Part shown: positions 15,111 through 28,270 of the stretch, piece after piece | Layout: the number at the start of each line of letters is the position of its first letter | Position numbering within the stretch: position 1 is the first letter of the stretch | NCBI RefSeq assembly: GCF_009914755.1 | Contig: NC_060928.1 | Direction: 5' to 3' (one strand) | Source of the DNA: the human T2T-CHM13v2.0 reference genome, Homo sapiens | DNA length: 64,000 bases | Program-made: the position numbers and the translations under genes | The notes under the pieces: model-generated | What the model saw: the letters and a program-made list of their open reading frames with translations, nothing else | Told to the model about the DNA's origin: nothing | The model's database searches: none

Positions 15111-17682
15111 CTAATAAGTACTTGAAATAGAGATATAATTTTATATTTTTTCCTGTAGATAACTGATTCTTCCAGTAGTGTTTATTTAAGCATCAATCCT
15201 TTCTTATTGCTCTGAAATGTCACCTCTATCATAAATCATGTTTGCATAAGTGTGGGTTAATTTTTTGAACTCTTTATTCCAGACCATGTGTCTCTTTGTC
15301 CAAGGTGTGCCAATAATGTGGTCTTACTTCTTAGGCTTTTATAAGATGTCTTAATGTATATCACAAGTTCCCTCTTATGATTCTTTTTAAGAAATGTCTT
15401 CTACATTTAGCCGTTTTCTTATCCATATTCATTTATAATCACCTTGGAAAGCTTTGTTGGAATTTTTATTGAAATTAGATTGAATGTATACATTAATTTG
15501 GGGAGAATTGACATTTTAAAATGTTGAGATTTCCTATTTGTGAACATAGTATATCTCTCCATTTATTTAGGTCTTCTTTTATGTCTAATAGTAAAGTTTT
15601 AAACTTTACTTTATAAAGGTCATGTACCTCTTTTATTAATTTTATTCCCACATGGCATATATTTTTATCTTGTTTTAAAATTACATTTTCTATTTATCAT
15701 ATCATAGAAATTCAATTGATTTTTATATATTTGTCTTATGTCCAACAAATATAATAACATGTCTTATTAATTTTTAAGAAATTCTTTGTTTACTTGAGTT
15801 TCCTATGATGACAATCTTATTAATTGTGAAAAAGAATCTTATTTTTTATTCATTTTCAATCCTTGTACTATATTTTTCAATATCTTATAACTAGGCCTGA
15901 AGTAAATGATGAAGAGTAAATGATGTAAAGAAATGCCTATTTTCAATTTCTAATTTTATTGGCATTTTACAGTTAAATTTTAATATTTATTTTTCACTCC
16001 ATTGCATCGTTGTCTTAGAATATGCTCTGAATAATAATGACTTTTTGAGTTTTGTTGAGATCATACTTATGACCTCATAAGTAGTCAAATTTTTATAAAA
16101 CTGTATACTCTCAAATTGATGGATGCAGGATATTGTTAATACATCAACTTATATAAATTGTCTATATTTTTACTTATTTGTTAGGTTTAATTTAACCACT
16201 AAATGATGTGTGTTAAATGCTGATCCTGTTTTATTAATCAACCCTTTTAATACTGTAAATGTTTATTTATATTATGACTCAAAGTTTTTTGTAAGTCTAA
16301 AGCATATAATTCTGTTAAGCTGAAACTTTTATTCTTATGGAGAGATACTCTTTATTTTGAACAGTACCCTGCAGCTTAACGTCAAGTTTCTTTTATGTCA
16401 ATATAGCTACACTTTCAGTTAGCAAATGCTTGGAAATTTTCAATAATTTTTTGTTTAACCTTACTCTTTTACTTTGATTTAAATCTGTCTTTTGTAAGCA
16501 GCATATAACTAGGTACTATTTACTCCAGAAGGACAAATTTTATCTTTTAACTACCAAGATTAGTCTATAGAGAAATTTTTACTGTATTGGAGTTTTTCTG
16601 GCATTTTATTTTGTGTGTTTTTGTCTTATTTTTTATTCTTTCCTGACTTTTTGGGACTGAGTTTTTAAAAGTTTATTCCATTTATCCTTCTGTATAGTTG
16701 AAACATATGTCATCTGATTCTAATCTGTTAGTGACTAGTCTAGATATTTTAACAGGTATAATTAATTTAATCCTGAATAACATAAGGACCTTAGAGAATT
16801 TTTTTTAGCAAATCACCGCATACGTATATTTGTCCAGAAATGTAATTCTATATCTATCTCCATGTATTATCTATGTTTATTATTGTTTTGTATTATTGAA
16901 GTCTGTTTAAATTTATTATTGCCTTATTGTTTTCTTTGCTTATCATTTCTTTCTGCACTTTAAGACTCTCAGGAATTATTCTTTTCTTGGAAATGGCATT
17001 TAGAAATTCCTTTAGTGATAAACTGTCAGTGGTAAATTCTTTCTTTTTAAATTTAAAATGTGGTAATTTTGTCCACATTTCTGATAAGTTATTTGGTTGT
17101 ACAGTCCTAAGTTAGCAACTGATTTCTCCCATCACTTTAAAGTTATTATTGTAAACACATTGCTGTATATTACACTTACCATTTCTGCCCTTGGAATCAA
17201 TAGAATATTCATTTCTCTGAGGAAGTTTGGCTTTTTCCTGGCTATATTTAAGATCTTATTTTACATTCTATAGGCTGAGTACAGAATAAATTGGTGTGGA
17301 TCTCCAAAAATGCATTCCAATTCAGATTAACTATGTTTCCTAATCTGTGATTTAATGTCATCATTTCAGGAAAGTTCTAAGCCATTATGACCTGAAATAT
17401 TTTGACTCTGTCCTCTGTATTATTTCCTTCAGGAAATCTGATTAAATCTATGTTAAGTATCATCATCTGTATTCTGTCTCGCTTCCTATCTCTGTGTTAC
17501 ATTCTGGGTAATTATATTAGATTTATTTTTGGGTCACTAATTCTCTCTTTAGCTAAATCAAGTCTGCTTTTTAATATATCCATTGGAGTTCAAATGTCAA
17601 GTATAAATTTATTCATGAAAAACATATTTGTTTCATAAAAAATGTCTGGTCATTTTTGATGGTATATTTTGTTATTCTTACA

Positions 17683-20285
17683 CAGTTGACCCTTGAATAC
17701 CATGGCAGTGAGAGGTGCTGACTTCCTGCACAGTGAAAAACCTATGTACAATTTTTGATTCCCCAAAAGCTTAACTTCTAATAGCTTACTGCTGAGCAGA
17801 AACCTTACCAATAACATAAACAGTTAATTAACAAATATCATATACATTATATGTATTGTATACTGTAATCTTAACATAAACAGTTAATTAACAAATATTT
17901 GTTATATGTATTATACAGTGTAATCTTAAAATGAAATAAGCGAGAGAAAATTGTTATTAAAATCATAAGGAAGAGAAAATATGTTTATTATTCATTAAGT
18001 GGAAGTAGATCACCATATAAGTGTTCATCCTAGTTGTCTTCACATTAAGTAGACCGAAAAGGAGGAGAAAGAGGAGGGGCTGGTCTTGCTGTCTCAGGAG
18101 TGGCACAGGCAGAAGAAGTGGAGGAGATGGAACGGGCGGCAGGAGAGGCAAGCACACTTTACGGAAATATGTCATAATTTACGTCTGAATTTTTTGCTTC
18201 ATTTCTCTAAAAATATTTTTATATGGCATCAATCCTTCTTCCACCATTTCCTTTAGTTTCAGTGCCCGTGTCTTAGAAGGGTACATCATAAAAGAAGTCA
18301 AAAGAAGTCTGAATAATTGGAATCCTTCTGCCAGAATGTCTAATGTCAATTTGCTTTCCAGTACTGCTTCTTTTACATCTTCTTCCTTATTGTCTGAACT
18401 GGTTCAAGAGCACTCATTTCCATCAAGCAGACATCTTTTAAGTCCTCTGGTGTGCTATCTATTAACCCTTGAGTTTCTCCAAGATCCCTTTCTTGAACTC
18501 CTTCACCCCTGCCACTTCCACTATTTTTTGCCGTATCCACAATCTTTTCCATGATTTTTTTTTTATTGGTTCTCTGATGAACTCCTGAACATTTGGACAC
18601 AGTTTGCTCCAGCACGAATTTGTTATTTCTGGCTTAATTGCTTTCAGGGCTTCTTCTATAACAACCATGACATCTTCCATGGTGTAATCCTTCCAGACGT
18701 TCATGATATTCTATCAGCGTTCTTTTTCATAGTGTTGACAATCTTTTCATAGAATACTGTAGTATTGGTGGGAAGTAGACCATTTCCATGTCTTTGGTGT
18801 TGAGCTCATGGCATTCTGGGTAGTCACTGGCATTGTCCAATATCAAAAGAACTTTAAAAGGTCATTCTTTACTGGCAAGGGTACTTCATTACTTCAGGGA
18901 CAAAGCATCAATGAAAGCAATTCAGAAAAAGAGTTATTGTATGAGCCTTCTTGTTGTACAGCCAAAAACCTGACAGGTGATGTTTATCTTTTTCCTTCAA
19001 GACTAGGAGTTAACAGTTTTATAGATGAAGGAAGGATTGTTTATTAACCCAACTGCATTGAAACAAAACAATAGAATTAGCCTATCCCTTTGTCTTACAT
19101 CCTGAATAGGGCACTTTCATCTTCATTAAAAACCTGTTCAGGAAAATATTCTTTCTCCTTTATGATTTTCTGAATGGTGTCTGGGAACTTTTCTGCTGCC
19201 TCCTGGTTGGCAGAAGCTGCTTCTCCTGTTATCTTGACGTTTCCTAAGCCAACTCTCTTTCTAAAATTATCGAACCATCCTTTGCTGGCATTACATTCTC
19301 TAGCTTTAGGTTATTCACATTCATTTTACTTTTTCAAATACTGTAATGACTTGACTTTTTCTTAAATCATACTAGAGTCTATAGGTATGCCTTTTTTTAT
19401 AGCAATCCTGCACTCACAGAAAAGCTACATTTTCAGTATGAGATTAAAAGATATTTTGTAAAATAACAGCTTTTCATGCCCACTGGCACAGCTACAGTGG
19501 CAGCTTCATGAATTTCCTTTTCTTTTATTACAGTTGTCTTTATACTGGATTCATTTATCTTAAAATGGTGGGCAACTACAGTTGCAGACCTCAATCTATG
19601 GTATATCTTGAACTATTCAACTTTTAACAAAATATAGTATCTTGACTGTTTTTTGCTTCTTGAGAGCACTTCCAGCATCACTAGTGGCACTACACATGGG
19701 TTCAAGGTTTTTGGTATTGGACTCAACACGATGAAAAATACGTGAGAACTGTGAGGGATCACTTTTTACTGAAATATGCAATTTACTGGGGAGACTAACT
19801 GCTCATGTGAAGATGATTAGCATCACAGTGCATTTTAAACAGGTACTGGCAATACTTGAGTTCACCACAATAATAACAAGAGGTGGCTATAAAATTATTA
19901 CAATAGTATAATATGTACTACAGTAATTTTATGGAGTTATGATTCAATACTGCATCTATATACTGATTTACATTTCTCTGAACAATAATGGTGCTATGTC
20001 CAGTCTCTGAGTGTTTTTGTGTGTTGTTTGATATTTTAACTTTTTGTAATAGATTTGTGTATACTTTATGGTAGTAAATAACAAAATAAACTATTAATAT
20101 TTTGCATATATTTTATGCATTTGTAACATATCTACTTTTTAAATATCTCTAGGCTACTCTGCTTATCTGTGAGTTTTTGCCAATTATCACACATCTACAA
20201 AAAGTTTTCCAGTATATTTATTGAAAGAAAAATCTACATATAAGTGGACCCATGCAGTTCAAATCCATGTTGTTCGAGTCAACTG
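17683..20285 (-). mobile_element. Tigger2 DNA transposon, near full length (about 2.6 kb)
   Basis: TIRs cagttgacccttgaa ... ttcgagtcaactg|ta; the minus-strand start matches the Tigger2 5' end; internal transposase remnants. Confidence 0.92.
18200..19670 (-). pseudogene. Decayed Tigger2 transposase
   Basis: ORF piece 18462-18704 (VWKDYTMEDVMVVIEEALKAIKPEITNSCWSKLCP) is pogo-like C-terminal sequence; multiple stops; limits approximate. Confidence 0.75.
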
Positions 20286-22779
20286 TATAAGTCTTGCTTA
20301 TCCATTTTAAAAAATTATCTACTCCTATTTCCTGGGTTTTTATTTTTGAAAATTCTATGGTGAGTAGGCTTAGGGATGGTTTCTATATAAATTAATGCAT
20401 TTGGTTTTGCTAGGCTTCTGGGGGAATTATCAAACCTGGAACACCATAAACTGTTTTCTCAGCTTGAGGGTTTTTAGCAAAATAGAAAATAAGAATTTAA
20501 ACTTTATAATAAATTTAGACTGTTTTACGTATATACGTATTCACTGAAAACTTTTTCCTTTCCATATGGCAATGGAAAAGATATTACTGTCATCTTTTTT
20601 CAGGCAGACATTTTTCCTAGTATACCTTTTCCCTAATCATATAGGCTTTTGACGGTCATGACATTATGCAGAAGTCACTATTCCGTGTCCCACTTTGAGC
20701 AGGCTCAAGAATCTTTTATTATTTTTTTTTAACCTATGTGATAATTAAAGGTCAAAGCTCTAGATTACTATTCTTGCCTATTGCACCAAGATAGCTTTTA
20801 GCTTCTTTGCTCAATTACCGTTCTGGATTTGCTTCTGTTTGGGGTCTTAATTTCTGAAGGATTTCTCATATTTTCTTGTGACATCAATTCTATACTGAGA
20901 AGGAGCTTAAAAATGGCTTTTGAGGGCATCTCAAGGAATTCTGTAGCTGGACAATTTGAAAACAATTAGAATTTCATATCGCTGATCAAGGAAACCAGCG
21001 CAATAGCTTCAATTCATTTTTTGCTGTGGAATTCTGGAAGAATATGTAAACAAATAGAACACATGAGTTAAAATTTATTCTGGTGGTTATGGGATTGGAG
21101 GGCTTCAGCCTCCACTTGCTCACCACATCATCCCATGTACCAGTAGAGAAAGCTAACAGAGTTTGCCAAAGAAGAATGATAGACTCATGAGAAAATGTCC
21201 CACGTTCCCAAAAGAAACTTTGCAAAGAAACTTTGAGAAAAAATTACATGGTTAAGTGTGCAACTACCCATCTTCACTTGCAAATATTGTGGATTTACTG
21301 TACTTGTAGACCATCTTATTATGGACCTGAATAGAGAAACAGTGGGTTCGAGTAAATCTTGTCTGCAAGTTTTAAGAAGGAAGCCAATTCCATTTTGGAG
21401 AGGCATACCTTACAGGATATCTGTACACTGAGAAAAAAAAAAAAAGTGCTGTGCAAGGGATTGGGGCACTTTTTCTTTTCCTAAAAGGCATATGGATACC
21501 TGATTCCTGCAGTGTCAATAGCTTTCCATCCCAATGAAAGAACAACATGGACATCAAGATTTATCTTCACTTCATACCCATCAAATCAATATAAAAATCT
21601 GCTGCTTCCGTGGAATGAGAATGAACCAAGTTTTACAGTAATGCCAATAAGATGAGCAAAAGAGAAAATGCTGAGAGTTTTTATTTAGGAGCTCTATCTA
21701 AATGGGATGTGCATAAAATATCAAGCATTTAGATGTGCTGAAGTTATAAGGAGATCGTGTTGGTATGAGGAACAAAAAGGGTCTTTTACTCCCAAAGTGA
21801 CTATTTCATGCATTCTGTATAGTCTAGAGTGAGTCCATCTGTTCAGCACACCATTGCCCATTTTAAATAGCAAAACCAAAGCCACTGAAACCTCTGGGCT
21901 CATTTTAAAAATGAGTTAATGAACATCAAAGTGTAAGAGATGGATGATGAAAATGTACAACACTGTAAAAATCCTCCTGGCAAAATGTCCAATAGAGTAA
22001 ATATAGCTCCTATTGCCTTCCTTCTGTCGGAGCCCTCATCTTTGCTTATGTGGGTTCTTGGTCACTGACACTCGCTAATGTTGCTCCTTGGCTGCTAAAA
22101 TGGATTCTGCGTCCCGGCATGTCCACCTTCCCACTCTCTCTTTTGTTTTTTCCCTTTAATATATGTTTGTCAATTTAAGCAATAGCTTGGGAGTTTGATT
22201 AAAGCAATAGCTAATTCAAAAAGCTTAGATTTAAATATATTTTCTCAAAGGAAATTAAATAATATGGGAAATCCATCTAATTATAGGAATTTTAAAGATT
22301 ATAGCAATTTTTTTCTGATAAGCCACATGAATAAGAAGAATGAGCAGATTATAGAACAATTAAATAGATATAATATTTATTTATTTTACTGATGGTATGT
22401 ATAGTCACTGACTACACATGATTGAGCTAGGAGTGGCCTTAGCTGATAATCATGAGGTCTGTTTTTCTTCATCTTCTTCATTCCTGGAGTTCTAATCTAA
22501 AAGTTCTTTGTCATATTCAGCAACATTCTAGACACTACCTTTGTTTCAATCCTCAGGGTGTTATATATCCCTTGTGCTGAATCATTCTGACCATGCGTCT
22601 CATCCTAAGCAGCTTGAGTCATTTTCCGTATTCAATGCCTGTGAACACCTGTTTTGACTCCGTGAGGTCTCTCCTTGTTTCCTCTTTTCAGGACCTCTTT
22701 TCCCTTGAGGATGACTGGAGTTTTCCTGTCCTGTGTCAACTTAAAAGTAAGCCAGAAAAGCAAACAAATAAGTAAAGCA

Positions 22780-23078
22780 CCCACTGAAAAACAGTTATTT
22801 ACAGGGTATTATCAAATCCTATCAAAGTATTGTAGCTTCACACTGTCTCTCTCAGTGTTAATTTATTTGTGACATTTATCATTACCTGAACTTGCATATT
22901 CATTTGCTTTGTGTATGGTCAGTAAAATCCTGATCCTGATCCTGGTCAGTAAAATCCTGATGAAAACTCCATGCAAGCTGGGATTTTATCTGTTTTCTTC
23001 ACTTTCAGGAATATCTATGCCCAAAACGGGTCCCATCACAGGGCATGTGATCAAAGATCTTTGTTGAATGAATGAATG
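22780..23078 (+). mobile_element. L2 3' end
   Basis: aaactccatgcaagctgggattttatctgttttcttcact...tttgttgaatgaatgaat. Confidence 0.7.
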
Positions 23079-24034
23079 GCTGGCAAAATATGGATGTGAG
23101 TCAGGAACTCACTTTAAATAATTCCATGAAATATGAGACAGTTGTCAGTGTTGCCGATGGAAGATCCCAAACACTATTCTGGGCAGTTAGAGCAATTTCA
23201 TTTGGAAGTTAATGAATATACATTTTAAAAAGTGCTGATTTCTGTCACTTTTCTCCAAAAAGTATGCAAATAATTGGACAGGAAATCAAAGGTGACTGCA
23301 TTTCCTTTAATGCTCCTAGGCTCTGTAGATGTGTTGTATGAAAATCATAAACATGATAAATAGAAAGATTTCTCACCTCTTTTAATTCAGGCTTGAGTAA
23401 TTGACATTCACACTAAGTCTTTAATAGAGGGAGAGATACGTAGGAAAAGGACTGAAAAGTAAAAAGCAAAAAGTGATTACACACACACAAAAATGACACC
23501 TTTTAATCTACACTTTTCACCTATTCTTGCCATGTGAAGGTTTGCAACTGTTTATGTCATGTTGTCTTAAATGTAATGATGATGATAAAGTTAATAGTAA
23601 TTATGGTAACATTTACCTATATGAATTATATTTCACGTGTATAAACTTATGCTATGTACTGCATAGATTACAGGAGGTGTAGCACCAGCACACCCTGTAA
23701 ACCCAATTGTTAGGGCCCTGTCATTTGCTTTCTATTTTAAAGCTTCCTAGTAGAAAAAAGATGTAGGATTCAAGGAACATTAGTGAATAAGATATTTGTA
23801 GGTCTTACAACTGTCTAAATTATTATTAATATATTGGCTGTTAATCTTAAAACAATTGTTAAAGAATGATTTGTAAAAATATGAAGACACAACACACAGT
23901 TATAATAAACTGAAAGTAAAAGTATAGATGATTTCACCGAACATGGGAGGGCATTGGACACAGGAGAGAAATAGAACAGGAAGGTAAGAATTTTGCCTTG
24001 GTTTGAGGGAGGTGTTAAATTCATTTTGAATGTG

Positions 24035-24801
24035 TGTATTAGTTTCCTAGGACAGCCATAATAAATTACCACAAACTGGGTGGTTTCAAACAACCAAAAT
24101 TTATTCTTTCACAGGGCTAAAGGCCAGAAGTCCAAAATGAAGATGTCAGCACTGTTAGTTCCTTTTGAAGGTTCTGAAGGAGAAACCCATTGCATGCCTC
24201 GCTGTTAGTGTTTGTGGCAGCTGTGCAACAGTTTCCTGGTGTTCCTCGTGCTGTAGCTGCATCACTTCAGTCTCTGCCTCTATCTTCATAAGGCCTTCCC
24301 CTCTTGGGTGTCTATCTCTACCTATTTTTTTTTTTTTTTTTTGAGACGGAGTCTTGCTCTGTTGCCCAGGCTGGGGTTCAGTGGCGCAATCTTGGCTCAC
24401 TGCAAACCCCACCTCCTGGGTTCAGGCCATTCTCCTGCCTCAGCCTCCCGAGTAGCTGGGACTACAGGCACCTGCTACCACACCTGGCTAATTTTTTGTA
24501 TTTTTAGTAGAGACAGGGTTTCACCGTGTTAGCCAGGATGGTCTTGATCTCCTGACCTCGTGATCCTCCCGCCTTGGCCTCCCAAAGTGCTGGGATTACA
24601 GGTGTGAGCCACCACGCCCGGCCTCTCTCCCTCTTAGAAAGACACCTGTCGTTGGATTTAGAACCCACCCTAATTCAAACTAGTGTCCTCTTGAAATCCT
24701 TATGTAAATTATATCTAAAAATACCCTTTTTCCAAATAAGGTCATATTCACAGGTTCTGGGAAGGAGTATGTTTTTGGGTGGTCCCAATTCTACTACTCC
24801 A
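24035..24801 (-). mobile_element. MLT1 (C/D-like) MaLR solo LTR interrupted by Alu
   Basis: Starts tgtattagtttcctaggacagccataataaattaccacaaactgggtgg; resumes after the Alu with ggatttagaacccaccctaat...ttccaaataaggtcatattc. Confidence 0.88.
24325..24623 (-). mobile_element. Alu, AluY-type
   Basis: Poly-T, ttgagacggagtcttgc...caccgtgttagccaggatggtc...cacgcccggcc. Confidence 0.96.
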
Positions 24802-24809
24802 ATGTAGTA

Positions 24810-25010
24810 AACTCTTATAACATTTACAATATGTCAAGCACTAGGTGCTTTATATGTAGGAACTGATGTAATCTTCCCCTATGAACTATGTACTATTTTC
24901 CCATTTTACTGATAAGAAAAATTGCCCCAGATAACACACAGGAGGAGTAAGTGGTAGAGTAAGGGTTAGAATCTACAAGTCTAATTCTAAAATTTATGTC
25001 TCTAACCGAT
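24810..25010 (-). mobile_element. MIR SINE
   Basis: tactattttcccattttactgataagaaaa...gtaagtggtagagt...agaatctac. Confidence 0.6.
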
Positions 25011-25379
25011 TTGTTAAGTTTAAGTGCTACAAATGAACTACATACAATAAAGGATGTAAAATCCTTTGTATGCTATCCAAACAACTAGAGGAAATTAAAC
25101 TGAAACAAAGAGTACTCCATAAATTCTAAAAAAGGCAGAAAAATTCAGAAAGCCAAAAAAGAGCATAGAGAAGAAATCCAAATAAGATGGCTGATATAAA
25201 TTCAAGTAAAATATGGAAATTCAAAGAAAACCAAACAATAATTTAAAACAAATTTCTACAATATGCTTTTTAAGAAATGAGATAGAGGTATGACAGTCTC
25301 ATTTTAACGAAAGTAAGGAGTTACAATATTTTTTATAGACTGACCAGAGAATATTTAAAAATGTTCATCACACCATGTG

Positions 25380-25780
25380 ATTCCCAGGTTCAGAGCCATG
25401 TAATGGCTTCTTCCTGTATTTCGAATAAAATACCAACTCCTTCAATGACCTACAAAGTCACAAATCATCTAGTTGGTCCCTGCCTAATTTTATACCTTGT
25501 TTCCTCCTCTCTGGATATCCCTCCCTATGTTATGAGTCCACTGAGAATGTTATTAGCCAAACTTATCCGTATACTCACTCTTCTCTTTGCCTAAAATGTT
25601 CTCTCTCTGGCACTTCCCTGACATGATTTCCTGTCCATCATTCAGATCTAAGATCAAAGATCACTTCTTCAGAGATGTCCTCCCCATCTTACCTGAAGTG
25701 ACTCACTGTTATGCTCTACCACTTTTCTTTAACTAATACCTTCCCAATATTCCAATCACTTGATATTATTTATTTGTGAA
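25380..25780 (+). mobile_element. L2 fragment
   Basis: aatggcttc...aataaaataccaactcctt...ctctttgcctaaaatgttct...tcacttcttcagaga. Confidence 0.6.
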
Positions 25781-26149
25781 AGTCATATACAATTGTTTAC
25801 AAAGCCATCAATTTTACATCACAATGACCTATTAAATGAATACCTCTACCTCCAGTCCATGGCACCAAACTAATCCATGCCACCAGGAAATCTTATACAG
25901 GATGGCACCTAAGGTCAGTCTTAGAAGATAAGCAAAGCTTTAGCCTTTAAGTTGGGTAAATAGTGGTAATTGGTGAATGAATTTCTAGAGAATTTAAGTA
26001 TATCCTAGAAAACATGTATTTGTATTTATATATGTGCATACGTACATATTATAACTATCCACACATACATGTACATGTGTGCACACAGAGAGAGAGAGAA
26101 TATGAACAGTGATCATACGTTGTTGACCCTCTTTCAGTCATATCATGAG

Positions 26150-26447
26150 AAATCACCAACAGTATTATTCCAAATATCATCTGTTTGCCCTTTGGGTCTA
26201 CTCTGCCTCCTCCTTCCAACTGCTTGATGCCAGTATGTGTGATCATATCAAAGGGCACTCTTGTTTTCTGGATTTCACTGAAAAGAATAAAGGGAGGTTG
26301 GCAATGATTCTAGCCTGAGAATAAAACACTCTCCTATGTGGGCTCCCTATACCCTGCCTTCACCTTTGAAAATAGTCCTCCTGTTAAACTCTGCTCAAAT
26401 TAGTTCAAATGTGTAATTTGTTTCTTGCTGGGGCACTGACTAATACA
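26150..26447 (+). mobile_element. ERVL LTR fragment (LTR16-like)
   Basis: 3' terminus ttgtttcttgctggggcactgactaataca. Confidence 0.5.
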
Positions 26448-26509
26448 CATGTATTTCCTTTGAGCATTTCCAAATGCCAAGAGTACGTGCTTCATTTTTT
26501 TCTCCCTGC

Positions 26510-27159
26510 AGTTATTAATTGAGTGCCTACCATGTGCCAGGCACTGTTATAGACCATGGGGACATCCAGTGAACAAAGTAGAGGAAAACAATTGTTCTTA
26601 TGAAGCTTACACCCCATTGTCGGAGATGACAATGAACACAATAAATATGCAACATCATATTAGATATACCAGTTAGTATTATGAAGAAAAAATAAAGATA
26701 ACAATGTTGGGGTGTGAGGGGAATTTAAAGTGGGCATGGTCATGAAGGCTTCCACTAAGAAAGTTACATTTCAACAAATACATCAGAGCTATAAGGATCT
26801 AGCCATGAAGCTTTTTGGGAAAAGAGCATACCAAGCAGAGAGGATAGCAGAGGCAGATGGCCCAGGACAAAAGTGAGCCTGGTGTTTTCAAGGAGTCATG
26901 AAGACGCCAGCATGATGGAGTGGAGTGAGTCAGGCAGGAGAAGAGGTGAGGAAGGTAGATCCCACAGGACCTAAAAGCCACTAGAAAGACTGGATTCTAC
27001 TCAGGGTAAAAAACAAAAAGGAGCACACTAGAGCGTTTGGAGCTCTGACACCATCTGACTTATATGTTACAATTGTAGTTGTTGTATTTGTTTGATTTGT
27101 GGTGTACGTGCAGTGTGTGTGTGTGTTTTGGTTGTTGCATTTGTTTGATTTGTGGTGTA

Positions 27160-27196
<37 letters not shown>

Positions 27197-28270
27197 AATA
27201 GACTAAAGGAGGGAAAGAAAAAGTATAAATTAAAACTTATTTAGGAAGTTAATAGCAATAATGCAAGCAAATTAAAATGATGGCTAAGACCAAGTTAGTG
27301 GCAAAGGAGTTTGTGACAATGTGGTATGATAGAGATTCAAGCTATATTTTGAAGGTAGACTCAATATGATTTTCTGCTAGATTCATTCATTCAAAACATA
27401 TTTATTGAGTGTTTTCTATGAGCTAGCATTATGCTAGGTACTCGAGATAGAATTGTGAACAAAACAGAGATCCCTGCCCTTATAGGATTTGAAATATAAT
27501 GTTGATATGTAGGCGGTAAACATTGAAAAAAATAGAGTGTAAAGTATGTTACAAATTGTTCCATGCAATGGAAAAAAAAAAGGGGGGTGGGGTAAAGAAG
27601 AGCAACTGGGTTAAAGTAATAAATGGCCATGGTCTGCCTGCTTGAGTAGATGACTTTTGAACAAGCGTGTCAGGGAAGAGAGAGAATCAGCCAAGAGGAT
27701 ATTTAGGTGACCAGGTCTTTAGATGGAGAGCACAGCAAGAGCAAAGGCCATAGGGTAGGCACATCTGGGGGTTTAAGGAGCCACCGGGAGGCTGGAGAGG
27801 CTGCAACAGTATCAAGAAGGTATTAGAAGAGGACTTGAGAGAATTAACAGGTTAAAACTAAAAATGACCTTGTAAACACTGGTGTAAATAAAACTTATTT
27901 TAAAAGTTAACAGCAATAACCTAGGCAAATTAAAATGATAATTTGGGTTTACATTCTGTGTACAATGAGAGCCACTGAAAGGTTTTGTGCAGAGGAGTAG
28001 CAAGATCTGACCGTTGCTTTAACGTGATTACTTAAATTATTGGGACTAAGTTCTGGATGGCAAGCATTGAGAGTAAGTTCTGGGTAGCAGGATTTGAAGC
28101 ACATAGACCTGCTGGTGAGGTAGGATTTGTTGAGGGGGGGGCGGAGGATGGAGCCAAGGATGAAGTTGCCACTTAAAGGTGTGTAAAGACTGAAAGGAAA
28201 TTAGGTTAGAGGGAGGATGGTAGGAAGGTTAGGATCACCGCATTGGACATAATAAGATTGAAATGACTAT
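26510..28270 (-). mobile_element. L2 tract; two L2 copies, the second (from about 27383) nested in the first
   Basis: Two L2 3' termini: taattgagtgcctaccatgtgccaggcactg at about 26515 and tcattcattcaaaacatatttattgagtg at about 27383. Confidence 0.78.
27078..27192. repeat. About 52-bp tandem duplication ending in a (GT)n microsatellite
   Basis: gttgttg(t/c)atttgtttgatttgtggtgta(c/t)gtgcagtgtgtg occurs twice with different GT lengths. Confidence 0.9.

Noticed and set aside
20986-21406. Overlapping minus-strand ORFs
   Set aside because: Short, in different frames, and no protein family recognised.
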